NCBI GenBank assembly: GCA_964016885.1
Contig: OZ024743.1
Location: 282,286,001 to 282,350,000, forward strand
Length of the DNA stretch: 64,000 nt
Direction: 5' to 3'
Origin: Eledone cirrhosa
Taxonomy: Eukaryota
In this document: one piece after another, positions 39,901-49,483 of the stretch
Numbering within the stretch: the first letter of the stretch is position 1
How the letters are laid out: every line of letters begins with the position of its first letter
The notes under the pieces: model-generated
The model's input: the letters and a program-made list of their open reading frames with translations, nothing else
The model's database searches: none
What the model was told of the DNA's origin: nothing
Position numbers and translations under genes: made by a program

Positions 39901-42900
39901 AAGTTTCAAGTGAAGGTTGCGATGAAGGTACTGTGCAGATTACCTGGTGTGAATAGCAGAGAGTAAAGATGAATTTACTCTAGTGTCATGAAAGGATTAT
40001 TAAATAATGTAGCAGCTACATTCAAATGTGAAGTATGTATAGAGGGTGTTATAGATGGAGATGTTGAGCTGGATCTTGACAATGGTGTGAAAATGTTTTG
40101 TTGCCTGGAGAAATGATGAATAGAGAAGATGGATCAAACTCTGTGATAGTTTTAAAGTGGGATGTACATTGAAGTAGTTCCAGGAACTGAGTGTTGTACC
40201 AATGTGGAGGAGAGTGTCACTGTAACTGAAAGGAAATATTTATACTGCACATGTGTGAAGTGCCATGATTTATGGGAGCGAGACATGAGTTTTAATATGA
40301 AGCAACGGAAATGAAAATGGGCCGGTGGATGAATATAGTATGTAGCATCACAAAGTGCGATGCTGCATGGTTGTGAAACATGAGCAATGACTGCAGTGGA
40401 TATGCATAGGCTGGAGAGAAATGAAGCAACCATACTTTGTTGGATGTGCAATGTAAATGTAGGAGAAAGGCAGAGCTTGTATGAACTGAGGGAAAAATTT
40501 GGTTTAAGAGGAATCCAAAGTGGTGTGCAAGATAGAAGACTGTGTTGGTACGGACATGTGGTGTGCATGGATGATAGAGGTGCCAGGAAATCCGAGTGGA
40601 GGGGAGCTGCAGCAGAGGTAGACCAAGGAAGACATGAGCAGAGCTGGTGAGAACTAATCTTAAATCAATGAGACTCACAGAGATGACAAAGGAACGCGGC
40701 AAGTGGAGAGGAGATAGTGTGCTGAAAGGACCAGTTCAACCCATGCAAACGTAGAACAGACGTAAAAAGCATTGATGATGAAATGGTGAGATCATGTGTG
40801 AGCAAGAATGAAAGTGACTGGGTTAAATGAGTGATGGAAATGAATATAGAAGTAGAGGGAGGGGAAGAGCAAGAAAAGACATGGCTAAAAATAATGGTAT
40901 AAGAAATGAAAAACTTGCATGGTTAAACTCTATTTTAGCAAGTATAATGGCCTCAAAATGCTTGTGTTGCATTCAGAGAATTGACAACACTTATACAGAC
41001 AAATAATGAAATAATTATTCCTGCTGAATAAAAGAAATGCCATCAGTTGTAGTGCATTAGAGGCAAATATAAATCTGTGATAAGATGACATGTGAATTAT
41101 GTGAATTACAATAGCTAAAGGGTTAATGTTTAATTTTAAAAATGATGAATTATTTTGATAAAAAACAAACAAAAAAAAAAAGAATTTTTGAACTAAATAA
41201 TTTTAAAAAAAGTACTTACAACTAGCTTTGGAAAGTCATTTATTATGTCTGTCAGTTTATCATGAATATTTTGTTGTGTGAATTTCACTTTGCGCATATA
41301 AAATTGTCGTATTCTTGAAATCTTATATTGTTTGTGAATCACTGTTGGGGTTTTTCGCTGTGTCTTCGACAAGATTATGTCAATAAAATCCTACAAACAA
41401 AAAAAGTGATAAAATATGAAAATACTAATATATATATAACCATCTAACCCATGCTAGCGTGGAAAATGGATGTTAAACAAAGATGATATAACTATAAGGA
41501 TTTAAAATTTATCTTACCATCTAAATATTAGCTGTAGCATTATCACCATAAAGTTTAGTGTTTGACCATTCCACAAATCACCATGCAGTTGATTAACTGG
41601 CTAGAAATAGCAGTCATCTCCTTCAAATCATACACTACCATCTTAAATTGATTTGAGGTAGATTTTATCTGCCATTTCTAGCTGGTTTATTAAATGTAAA
41701 AGCAAATAAACATTTCCAACCAGTGAACAAGATTCTTTTTTCTCTGGGTCTTATATCCCATGACCTCACCTTGTAGAGCTTGTCTTTTGATGGGTAGCAA
41801 CTAACTGCATTTAAACTTTTGTTATGGAATAAGTAAATGTTGGTACTGAAGCAATAGTTAACTAGTATAAACATTGTGCGATGTGGTGTATTGACAGTTC
41901 TTTGCAGATTGGAGTGGTAGTGGAGATAAATGAATTCCAAATCATGCACCACCATTATCGAGAGGGTCACTGATTCTTGAGATGGTGGAACGCCACAGAT
42001 GTGTTCTTGAGCTTGTCTTGGATCAACTTGAATAACTGAGTATATGTTGCAACAACTGCCAAAATGACATTATTCTATCAAATTTCACTAATATCCAGTT
42101 TAATCATTTTATTCCAGTTTAAACCTTAAAAAATATTTGACTTCACATTTACAATTAAATCAGGTCCATTTCAGTTTTACTTTATTGCCGATTACATATA
42201 TCTATATATCATATAAAAGAGCGATGTTTGTTGGTGTCTTCGCGCATCACATTAAAATGAAAGCTGACAATCAAAAAGTAAGTACACGAATGGAATATGG
42301 ATATACCCAGAAAGGTTTATTGAAACTCATTTTATAACATCAAAGAAAAAAAACATCCCAGATATACTAACCAACCTGACTACTATTTCTAGTATGTTGG
42401 GAGACAACCATAAGGGATGTTTCATGGCCAGCGTCTCCATGGATTCGAACACCAGTTAACACATACGCACAAATTTATATATAATATAAAAGACTGTTAA
42501 CTCCCATCATCCTTTTTGAGAAACCTGGACCTGCTATATCTATGCAATGGCACACTTTACAGTCAAACAGATGATGAACCATTTATTCCCAAGATTTGTC
42601 TTATCCCATCCTCTACTGAGTTACCGTTCAAATTCTCAAGGCTTTAGTTCCCTATTAGAGCCAGTTTTGCTATGATCATAAATAAATAAAGTTCAGGCTC
42701 AGAGTCCCTAAGTTGTAGGATTGAATGAGAGAATCGGTTTTTACCTATGGACAGTTATATGTAGGATGTTCACGAGTGGGAAGACCTAGAAATCTTCATA
42801 TACTATGCACGAACGGTAAAATAAAATGTGGTTATCTGGAAGAATTTTGACAGTTTTTTCTTTTTCTTTTTTGTCACACACCACAGTTTCGCCTTATACA

Positions 42901-44472
42901 TAAATCAGATAACACATTCAATACAGTCGTTTTCTCTTCTACTGGTCTTTTAACATGTTTACCCGGTGAAGCTAGGTACCTCAGCTAGTATATATATAGC
43001 TTAACGGCTATAAATTAATGTTTTCGCTTTCGTCTCTTACTCCGTTAGACAGTGTTTACCTTATGTCAAACGCTGTGACCCCGGATGGACTAGCAGTACC
43101 GTTGGTAGGGGTCGAAACTGCCAATCCGTTAGACAGTGTTTGCCTTATGTCAAACGCTGTGACCCTGGATGGACCAACAGTACCGTTGGTAGGGGTCGAA
43201 ACTGCCAAAGTCCATCTCAACGGCCGATTACCATGGAGTTCTGTATATCTATTTTTAAAGAAAGTTTTTCATTTTGTTTCCGTTCGTTGTCTTTATATGT
43301 ATATTTCAATTTCTTCTTTCACTTTCAAATTTAGAACGTAAGATTACTTTCACCCACAAATCACTTTGTTTACAATTACGCAACCGATCGTAACGAATTA
43401 TTGAAAAAATATAATGCTCCAGTCCTAATGTTCGGTCAGCAAATTCGTTTCATTTACAACTGATTTTTGAGGTGTCATTTTCACTATGTGATCTTAAAAT
43501 GAAAGATTACTCAGTCATGTCGATAACTTTGTTGATCTTGATATAAGAGCACATATGTTGAACGGATGTGGAAAATGTTTTAGTGAGACTGATAGTGATT
43601 TATTCGACAATATTTTAATTCATATTTCCAGGTGATCCAATTCCATGACTTACATGTATTATCCATATTGATAATTTGTTTATATATTCTTTGGTATTTA
43701 TTACTCTTTTTTTAAAAATACAATTTCAAATATATTCCTCGACACCGTGTTTATATTCAAAGAATTCAATAATAAAAGTAAATCGAAGAGACTTGTGTTG
43801 TATGTACAGTAATGCCTTGTTTTTATCCTGAAACCTAACTAAGGCTTGACAACAATTAACAAATACTATAAGCGAATTCGAAGAACAGAGAGAATTTGAA
43901 CCTCTACAGGAAATTGAGTTGGTGACTATTTTCTTGCGTAAATGTTGGGCTCATTTCGATCTGATGGGGGGATAGATATTAAAATAACAGACTTATGATA
44001 GAATGCGTTCTTTTCACCATCTATATTTCTTTTTATGCATCTTAATCCTGGGACTACATTATTCAAAGTTTCCTCTCTTTTCTAACTCGTAGAAGCTCCC
44101 ATGTTAGCACATTTAAAATGCGTTGCATAAAATGTTTAGGCAATGTTTGTTATATATCGTAAGAAAGATTGATAAAACAAATTTAGAGCAATAAAAAAAA
44201 TCTGATATGTTTCTAGACTTAATTATTAGAAATAATTGACAAAATTAATAACTTATATGTATACGTTTCGCAATGATTGCGAGTTAGATACACTCAGGAA
44301 ATATTGACGTGTAAAACTGCTGTTTAAACAGGGTAAACTTCCATAATAAAACATTCAAATACAAAATAATCAATATATAAACAACGAAAATCTGTACATT
44401 AAAATATGTTTTGCAATATTTTACCTTTGAAGGTGGCACAACAGTGATTTTTTTGAAGTTATAGTGCGACAT
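6910..44472 (-). CDS. GTPBP4: Nucleolar GTP-binding protein 1 (NOG1/GTPBP4), complete 17-exon gene, 628 aa
   Basis: The spliced exons give a continuous 1887-nt ORF: N-term [14 protein letters not shown]1 GFPNVGKS, G2 YAFTT, G3 DTPG, G4 NKVD, NOGCT region ([15 protein letters not shown]) and C-term [17 protein letters not shown]. All introns are GT-AG. Confidence 0.98.
7180..7440 (+). mobile_element. Degraded RTE RT fragment
   Basis: KTAGHQE / EMLKA / IPNDWCS…YK, homologous to 37340-37620. Confidence 0.6.
7703..7837 (-). CDS. GTPBP4: NOG1 exon 16 ([11 protein letters not shown]…[12 protein letters not shown])
   Basis: AG/GT boundaries, 135 nt, phase 0-0, PRDxSG motif. Confidence 0.92.
8790..9045 (+). 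mobile_element. tRNA-derived SINE (shared head and core, distinct body)
   Basis: B-box-like gggtttgattc, core tgtgttcttgagcaaaacactttatctcacattgctccag, body gatggactggtgccctgcccagggggg. Confidence 0.6.
9160..9304 (-). CDS. GTPBP4: NOG1 exon 15 ([14 protein letters not shown]…LGLQLERA)
   Basis: AG/GT boundaries, 145 nt, phase 2-0. Confidence 0.92.
9395..9666. mobile_element. hAT (Charlie-like) MITE
   Basis: TIRs cagtcatgggaaacct / aggttgcccatgcttg; degenerate 8-bp TSD ccttagga / ccttagag. Confidence 0.65.
9814..10224 (+). mobile_element. piggyBac MITE interrupted by a SINE
   Basis: ttaaccctttag start, aaagagttaa end; SINE inside at 9996-10185. Confidence 0.65.
9996..10185 (-). mobile_element. 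tRNA-derived SINE family A (~190 bp)
   Basis: Head ggcggtggattggcagtatcggtag, B box gagttcaaatcc, tail ggccttgtgccaaaagtagaaacaattat; many copies in the window. Confidence 0.8.
12129..12241 (-). CDS. GTPBP4: NOG1 exon 14 ([18 protein letters not shown]…)
   Basis: AG/GT boundaries, 113 nt, phase 0-2. Confidence 0.94.
12848..13069 (-). mobile_element. piggyBac-type MITE
   Basis: TTAA-ccctttagc … gctaaaagg-TTAA. Confidence 0.7.
13109..13209 (-). CDS. GTPBP4: NOG1 exon 13 ([33 protein letters not shown])
   Basis: AG/GT boundaries, 101 nt, phase 1-0, NOGCT motif. Confidence 0.96.
14604..14655 (-). CDS. GTPBP4: NOG1 exon 12 ([17 protein letters not shown])
   Basis: AG/GT boundaries, 52 nt, phase 0-1. 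Confidence 0.95.
15651..15728 (-). CDS. GTPBP4: NOG1 exon 11 ([26 protein letters not shown])
   Basis: AG/GT boundaries, 78 nt, phase 0-0. Confidence 0.93.
15772..15985 (-). mobile_element. Non-autonomous RTE-derived short element
   Basis: ggcattaggaagggcatccagcc module plus catgctaccgtgggagatggccgttaaatgatg tail. Confidence 0.65.
16822..16929 (-). CDS. GTPBP4: NOG1 exon 10 ([13 protein letters not shown]…AMPNKRDDK)
   Basis: AG/GT boundaries, 108 nt, phase 0-0. Confidence 0.95.
17252..18311 (-). mobile_element. Internally deleted piggyBac transposon with transposase N-terminal remnant
   Basis: TTAA TSDs at 17248-17251 and 18312-18315; CCCTTTAG TIRs; [16 protein letters not shown]…[24 protein letters not shown] typical of piggyBac transposase N-termini; no DDD catalytic core. 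Confidence 0.85.
18926..19678 (-). mobile_element. Second, more deleted copy of the same piggyBac element, with a SINE insertion
   Basis: TTAA-ccctttag end; collinear with 17252-18130 apart from deletions; the other terminus is missing. Confidence 0.8.
19382..19535 (+). mobile_element. SINE family A, 5'-truncated
   Basis: 13-bp TSD attatcttttgtt at 19369-19381 and 19536-19548. Confidence 0.8.
19936..20025 (-). CDS. GTPBP4: NOG1 exon 9 ([30 protein letters not shown])
   Basis: 90 nt, phase 0-0, G5-region MST motif; donor gtaagt; A-rich acceptor taattaaaaag. Confidence 0.92.
20121..20311 (-). mobile_element. SINE family A, full length
   Basis: Complete head-to-tail match to 9996-10185. Confidence 0.8.
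20321..20435 (+). mobile_element. SINE family A, 5'-truncated, inverted relative to its neighbour
   Basis: TSD attatgataa; reverse complement of 20121-20235 with about 3 mismatches. Confidence 0.8.
20696..21025 (+). mobile_element. tRNA-derived SINE with bipartite RTE body and tail
   Basis: A box tggcttagtggttag, B box gagttcaattc, core ccttgagcaagacactttatttcac, the RTE 5'-UTR motif, and a 3' end matching the RTE at 38925-38975. Confidence 0.8.
22375..22482 (-). CDS. GTPBP4: NOG1 exon 8 ([36 protein letters not shown])
   Basis: AG/GT boundaries, 108 nt, G4 NKVD. Confidence 0.96.
22740..23348 (+). mobile_element. CR1-type LINE 3' fragment
   Basis: Collinear with 62435-63230 ([10 protein letters not shown]…QRRATK…TRGH), with an (ATT)n tail; contains a stop. 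Confidence 0.85.
23780..23929 (-). CDS. GTPBP4: NOG1 exon 7 ([29 protein letters not shown]…EEQ)
   Basis: AG/GT boundaries, 150 nt, G3 DTPG. Confidence 0.97.
24608..24700 (-). CDS. GTPBP4: NOG1 exon 6 ([31 protein letters not shown])
   Basis: AG/GT boundaries, 93 nt, G2 YAFTT. Confidence 0.97.
25628..25813 (-). mobile_element. SINE family A
   Basis: Full length; TSD tcaaattataat. Confidence 0.8.
26336..26489 (-). CDS. GTPBP4: NOG1 exon 5 ([30 protein letters not shown]…[13 protein letters not shown])
   Basis: AG/GT boundaries, 154 nt, phase 2-0, P-loop. Confidence 0.97.
26962..27045 (-). CDS. GTPBP4: NOG1 exon 4 ([27 protein letters not shown])
   Basis: AG/GT boundaries, 84 nt, phase 2-2. 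Confidence 0.96.
27460..28550 (-). mobile_element. Old, heavily degraded RTE LINE fragment
   Basis: Minus-strand remnants of [15 protein letters not shown](C)YLG and GRRKKTW motifs, with many frameshifts. Confidence 0.6.
28876..28979 (-). CDS. GTPBP4: NOG1 exon 3 ([34 protein letters not shown])
   Basis: AG/GT boundaries, 104 nt, phase 0-2. Confidence 0.97.
29143..30085. repeat. Long imperfect palindrome (~940 bp, centre ~29658)
   Basis: Arms are reverse complements throughout, e.g. agaaggtacggtcaactggctgagg / cctcagccagttgaccgtaccttct, gccgcgggaatccccc / ggggattcccgcggc, and ends tttagaag…ttatttag / ctaaataacttctaaa. Confidence 0.95.
30087..30138 (-). pseudogene. Truncated tRNA-Trp(CCA) retrocopy / extended Trp primer-binding site
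   Basis: Minus strand reads cgtctgact-CCA-tttcagaagactgcatgttcgaatcacgtcagggtca-CCA: anticodon arm, T arm and encoded CCA end, with no D arm. The + strand begins TGGTGACCCTGACGTGAT, the PBS-Trp consensus with one mismatch. Confidence 0.85.
30174..30411. repeat. Second imperfect palindrome (~240 bp)
   Basis: ctcgacttcgattctact…agcttcctagtaagagcga…ttatcccaaagaaaa pairs with ttttctttgggataa…tcgctcttactaggaagct…agtagaatcgaagttgag. Confidence 0.92.
32020..33384 (+). mobile_element. Old degraded RTE LINE, 5' part (endonuclease to start of RT)
   Basis: Remnants of YDPQ, GDLN…VG, LITYTSG, QHHLVV and YKGKG motifs; continues at 39615. Confidence 0.65.
33804..34061. repeat. AT-rich palindrome around (TA)n/(TACA)n
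   Basis: ttacacacttaaatataaatgcatg…gtagattt / aaatctac…catgtatttatatttaagtgtgtaa. Confidence 0.8.
35150..35470. repeat. Compound trinucleotide microsatellite (CAA/CAG/CAC/TTA)
   Basis: Directly visible; it generates spurious ORFs. Confidence 0.9.
35720..38975 (+). mobile_element. Near-full-length RTE-clade LINE (APE endonuclease + RT + PHD finger), inactivated by in-frame stops
   Basis: One ancestral ORF from ATG 35910: [35 protein letters not shown]; RT motifs [38 protein letters not shown]. In-frame TGA at 37365-37367 and 38772-38774; (GAT)n tail. Antisense within NOG1 intron 2. Confidence 0.95.
35910..38774 (+). pseudogene. RTE endonuclease-reverse transcriptase ORF (485 + 464 aa segments in the same frame)
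   Basis: ORFs 35910-37367 and 37380-38774 are in frame; the stop replaces the Gly of GPSGIVAEMLK. Confidence 0.9.
39615..40910 (+). mobile_element. Old RTE 3' part plus a younger RTE 3' fragment (~40345-40780)
   Basis: [21 protein letters not shown] and NLEKAF remnants; the younger piece has RLERNEA…WYGHVV…GRPRKT and a gatgat tail. Confidence 0.7.
41220..41390 (-). CDS. GTPBP4: NOG1 exon 2 ([40 protein letters not shown]…FPKLV)
   Basis: AG/GT boundaries, 171 nt, phase 0-0. Confidence 0.97.
42201..42988 (+). mobile_element. Non-autonomous Helitron-like element
   Basis: a|TCtatatatcatataaaagagcg 5' end; imperfect 3' hairpin acccgg…taggt then CTAG|t; no TSD. Confidence 0.55.
43041..43208. repeat. 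Tandem duplication of an 84-bp unit
   Basis: tccgttagacagtgttt…gtcgaaactgccaa at 43041-43124 and 43125-43208, with few substitutions. Confidence 0.9.
44425..44472 (-). CDS. GTPBP4: NOG1 exon 1 coding part ([16 protein letters not shown])
   Basis: ATG at 44472, 48 nt, donor AAG|gtaaaa; conserved NOG1 N-terminus. Confidence 0.96.
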
Positions 44473-46725
44473 GATATTACTATAAAGTATTCTTTCCGTA
44501 CCACATGGACTAAAAGGTGGTTCGCAGTAAATTTCGCAGAAATATTATTTTAATATATTAAACTACTTATTTTTTTCTTTCCTCCAAATGTCAACAATAT
44601 TTTTTTATTACGAATAATAAGTCTTATAGATGAGATAAAAAAATTAATCTTATATTTTTTTATAACATATTACAAACTTAAATTAAAATGTCTTTTGCCC
44701 GAAGCTTTTGTTGAGCTTACGTTATGATTTCTATGAATGCATTTTTATGGAATCACTTTTAGGTTATATACTCTTCAATATATAAAATAAAACATATTTT
44801 TAAAAGACTTCTTTTATTTATTTTAGATTTTTATTAATATCTTTATATATGAAATCGATAATTCAAAGGTTAAATCAGTTTTCCTGTCTACCGAATCGTT
44901 TATTATTTTGTTCCTCGTAATAATATTTAATTTATTTTACAATCAGTATCTTAATATTATATCAGAGTCGACCTACTACCAATGTAGGTACGGGTGAAAT
45001 TCAGAAAATAAAAAACTTCTATTAGAGTATGAGAATGGAGATGGCCATGTCTATAACACACACACACACAAAGAAGGAGAAATGAAGGAGTTGTAATACA
45101 TTTATCTGGAATATGTAAGAACTTATTTGAGCTCTTAAAAAGAATTCAACTCTTTTATCTTTAAAGTAAACATTTGTTTCATCATCTGGATAGCAAAATA
45201 ATGAACACATGTTATAGGGTCTTACATATGTAATATGTAGTAAATCTGGCTTTAAAGCCAGCTGGTGAAAGTAATAGACATGTTCCAGTCTTACTAAACC
45301 TCCACAACAAAATATATTCTACTCAGTTGACAAGAGTAAGAGTGATCAACAGCTAAATAGAACATACTTCACTGGGGAGCAAAACGTGTCCATTGCTTTC
45401 ATTTGCTGGTTTAAAAGACAAGATACACTCCAATTTACAATGTTTCATCAGCAGCAGCATCTTCATCGTCACCATCATCATCATCATCACCATCATTATC
45501 ATCACCATCATCATCACTATCTAATGTTCATTTTTTCATCCTTACATGGGTCAGATGGGCTGTCATGTTACAAGGTTAGACAAATCAGGTGACCACATCT
45601 AGCATACACAATCTGTTTTGGGCTTGGTTTTCTACAGCTGGAAGACCTTCCGAATGCCAACAAGCTTACAGGGTGGATAGGTACTTTGGTTGTGGTACTA
45701 GCATAACCACATTACAGGGTAGACTGGGTGCTTTGTGTTGTGACACAAGCACTACCACTGTACAGGAGCTAGGTACTTTTTGTTGTGACACTAGAACTGG
45801 GAAAGCAAGTAGCATGTCATTGACATGTACGTGTGTATATATTTAAAAACACACACACACATATATATATGACCCATGCAAGGATGGAAAAATGAACGTT
45901 AAATGGTGATGATGATGATAATGATGATGCGGATGATGACGATGCTGCTGATGAAACGTAAATTGGAGTGTGTCTTGTCTTTTAAAGGTGAGGACACAGG
46001 ACCAGGATCTCTGGCATTACGCAGTATTACAGAAGACCAGGCTTCCCACGGGCACATGCCGTGATACTAGGAAAGGTATCCAGCTATAAAAACCAAGCCA
46101 AAATCAGTTCTGTACGAGCAAGACATGGTCACCTGACCTGGCATTGCTCACAACAGGATAACTCATCTAACCCATGCCAGGATGGAAAAATGGACATTAA
46201 ACAGAGATGAGGATGATGATGATATATATATATATCATCATTAAACGTCTACGTTTCCATGCTTGCATGGGTTATACAAGTTGTCACGTTATGAAACAAG
46301 TCAGGTCAGGTGACCCATATCTTGCGCACACAGATCTGTATTTTGGTTTGGTTTTTACAGCTGGATACCTTTCCTAATGCCAACTATGTTACAGTGTGAG
46401 CAGGGTGCTTTTTATCATGGCACCAAAACAATCATCTATCAGGGTGGGCTTAGTGCTTTTTGTTGTGCCAATGGCATTGCAGGAGATTAGGTGTAAAGTG
46501 TATCCAAATTTTATGCTTGTATGTGTGGGACAGAAGAGGTGTGTCAGTGGTGGGGGGGGGGGGGGGGGGGGCAAGTTCGGCATGAATGAGGTGTATGGGA
46601 TATTTAGCTGCTAAGAACTGGGTATTAAGACTGAGGAGGGGTGAAAGGAAGATAAGTCCAGACAAGTGTCCTCTACATGGTTGTTTCATTCTGAGTACAT
46701 GGGAAGGTGGGTCTTCTTCTTCTTC

Positions 46726-46764
<39 letters not shown>

Positions 46765-47604
46765 TCCTCCTCCTCCTCCATGAGAGGGTTGAGTCCTCAA
46801 ACATTCCTTCTAGCAGTACAACATGTTTTCCATATTTGCATAGGGTAGACTAGGTAGGTCAGAAGATTGTGTGTTGTGCATACGTTCCATACTGGGCCAC
46901 CATAGCAGGATGCCCTTCCTAACACCAACCACCTTACGGTGTGGTGTGTGAAGGGGAAGTGGGCTGCAACATTTCATTTTCTAAGCTGTTATGGTTGGTC
47001 AAGGAAAGGGTAATCGTTGATCTGAGGGAGTAATCAGGTAATTTGTGAATGTGTCCTGCAGAAAGTACATCTGTTTTTCTATGTCGGCATGGGTTGGGTG
47101 AGATAGGAGGAAATGTGAAAGAAAGACTAGATGGAGAGAGAAGACTAGTTACATTTCATTCTAATCAATTGGGGTGGCAAGTCGTCAACAATATGACATT
47201 TTCCAAAAAATTTGATCAACTAATATTATCAAAATTATTTCCCTTGCTATATTTTAACCTGTTGACTTCCACATATATTTTACACAGCTACAGTTACTAT
47301 GCCATTTTTTTTTTCAGTAAAATGACTATTTTTTTAAACAAACATTTATTAACAACACATATCTGAATGGTTGACAAACATCACATCAATAAACTGGTAA
47401 CCCCATCTAGGTTTGAAGTTATGAACTTTTGGAAACAAGTTCATAACTTTGAAGTTATGACTGTTGGAAAAGAGTTCAAACATGTTGGGACGAGTTATCT
47501 CATCTGTGGCACTGAAATGCATACATGTTAGGATGACTTATCTCGTCTATGGCTCTAAAGAGGTTAAACAACCTTAGAGGGAGTTGTGTCTACCAGTTAC
47601 TTAG

Positions 47605-47789
47605 ATAATTGTTTCTACTTTTAGTACAAGGCCAGCAATTACCCAGTACATTACTGGTACTTTATTTTATCGACCCCGTAAGGATGAAAAGCAAATTTAA
47701 GCTCGGCGGGATTTGAACTCAGTCCGTAAAGGGATGTAATTCTGGAAAGCTTGGCATCCAACTCTACTGATACTGCCAATCCACCCCCC
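47605..47789 (-). mobile_element. SINE family A
   Basis: Full length; TSD ttacttagataat. Confidence 0.78.
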
Positions 47790-48444
47790 TTTACTTAGAT
47801 AATATCAGGTGGTTGAAGTTTTTCAACTCCTTTATATTATATGTGAGACCCTAACCTATTCGTAGTTAGTATATGGAACATTCCACTGCGATAATGGAAA
47901 ACACTGCATAGATATTTCAAATAATAATCTGACAGAGCATCTGGCAACCTCTCTAATGCTGGTGCCACAGTAAACTGCACCCAGTAAGCCCTGTAAAATG
48001 TTAGTGTTAGTACCACAATAAAATACTCCGAGCTCATTCTGTAAAATGGTAGTGCTGGTGTCACAAAAATCACATCCGTGCTATTGTAATGAAAAATGCA
48101 CCTAGTGTACCCTATAAGGTGGTTGGGGTAGGAAGTGCATTCAGCCGTAAGAACCATGCCTAACATGGAACATAATAAGAAAGACTGGTTGCTCAGACCC
48201 ATCTTGACCATTACAACCCATCCCAACATGGGAAAGGAACATAAAATGATGATACATGTAAATAATCTAGAATTTAGAAAAATTTAGCAAAATAACTAAC
48301 TTGTTTATTATTAATCTGATGATGTTTTGAACATAACCTAACAAAATATTATTACATAAAATTATGATAGAGGGTTAAAATTTACATACATATTCTTTTA
48401 AATGAACAGATTTGTATCATAGAACAAGTGGTGGTCTCATCTAA

Positions 48445-48628
48445 GGCAGTATTGGTAGAGGTGTCAGACGCCATATGCTTTGCAGCAAAGAGTTACAGCC
48501 CTTTATGGTTTGAGTTCAAATCACGCCGAGGTTAACTTTGCCTTTCATCCTTATGAGGTCGATAAAATAAAGTACCAGTAATACACTAGGATAATTGCTG
48601 GCTTTGTGCCAAAAGTAGAAACAATTAT
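48445..48628 (+). mobile_element. SINE family A
   Basis: ggcagtattggtagag…gagttcaaatc…aaaagtagaaacaattat. Confidence 0.75.
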
Positions 48629-48777
48629 CATCATTGTCATTGACATCATCATTGTTTTTATGCATGCTTTTCTCTGCTGAGTAGATCTTTTTAAGGCAGT
48701 GTTTTATGGCCAGATGCCCTTCTGATGCCCACCATTTTGGTCGCCTCTTATGACATGCAAGTATATAGTGTATCTAT

Positions 48778-49012
48778 TGTGGGTATGGTGTGGCGTGCGG
48801 TGGCCGGGGGCGGGGGGGGGGGGAGTGCTCGACCGGAAGGGGTCTTTTTGACCGGAAGGATGCTCGACCGGAAGGGCCAGGAGAGGGCCTCTCTCTAGTG
48901 GTGACCAGCATACGGTTTTAAGCAGTTGGACGCACGTGGAAGAGGAGTACCTGCAGTGGAATTTAGCGGCGCCTGTGAAAAGCGGTAAGTGAGATAGCTC
49001 TTTCTAACCACA
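48778..49012 (+). repeat. 5' LTR (235 bp)
   Basis: tgtgggtatgg…ctaaccaca; lacks a ~27-bp segment present in the 3' LTR. Confidence 0.93.
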
Positions 49013-49081
49013 AGCTATTTCGGCGACTGAAAAAAAAAAAAAAAAAAAAAAGAAAACACTTGCCGCAAAACAAATCAGAAG

Positions 49082-49460
49082 ATGGCGACAAGACTACAGA
49101 TGAACGAAGCTATCAGGCCATTCACCGGGGAAGGTGATGTTGTCGCTTGACTGCGGAAGGTTCGGCTGGTCGCGGGCTTGCAGAAGATAGAAGACATGGC
49201 CGGTCTCATTGCATTGTACCTCGAGGGCGACGCGTTGGTACTCTTCCTTGAGTTGGACGAGCACAGCCAAAGAGATGTGCAGAAGATTGAGAGGCGTCTG
49301 ATGGATGCATTCGCCGAGGGACCATTGGCGGCTTTTGCTAAGCTGGCGAGATCAGGTGGAATGGTGAGCGCGTCGACATTTTCGCAGCGGAAATAAGGCG
49401 GTTGGCTATGTTGGCGGGTTACCAGGCAGAATGCGAACGCACGGTGCGGTTAGCATTCTG
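49082..49460 (+). pseudogene. Gypsy gag remnant
   Basis: MATRLQMNEAIRPFTGEGDVVA*LRKVRLVA…LYLEGDAL; stop at 49148-49150, then a frameshift; no CCHC knuckle seen. Confidence 0.75.
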
Positions 49461-49483
49461 CCTTACGAGTAGCGGCGCTGCCG

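Noticed and set aside
45560-48250. Short repeated cacccagt…ctgtaa motifs resembling a repeat-spacer array (also 53620-53830)
   Set aside because: They are degenerate tandem sub-repeats of the RTE-derived module in a eukaryotic genome, with no constant repeat, unique spacers or cas genes.
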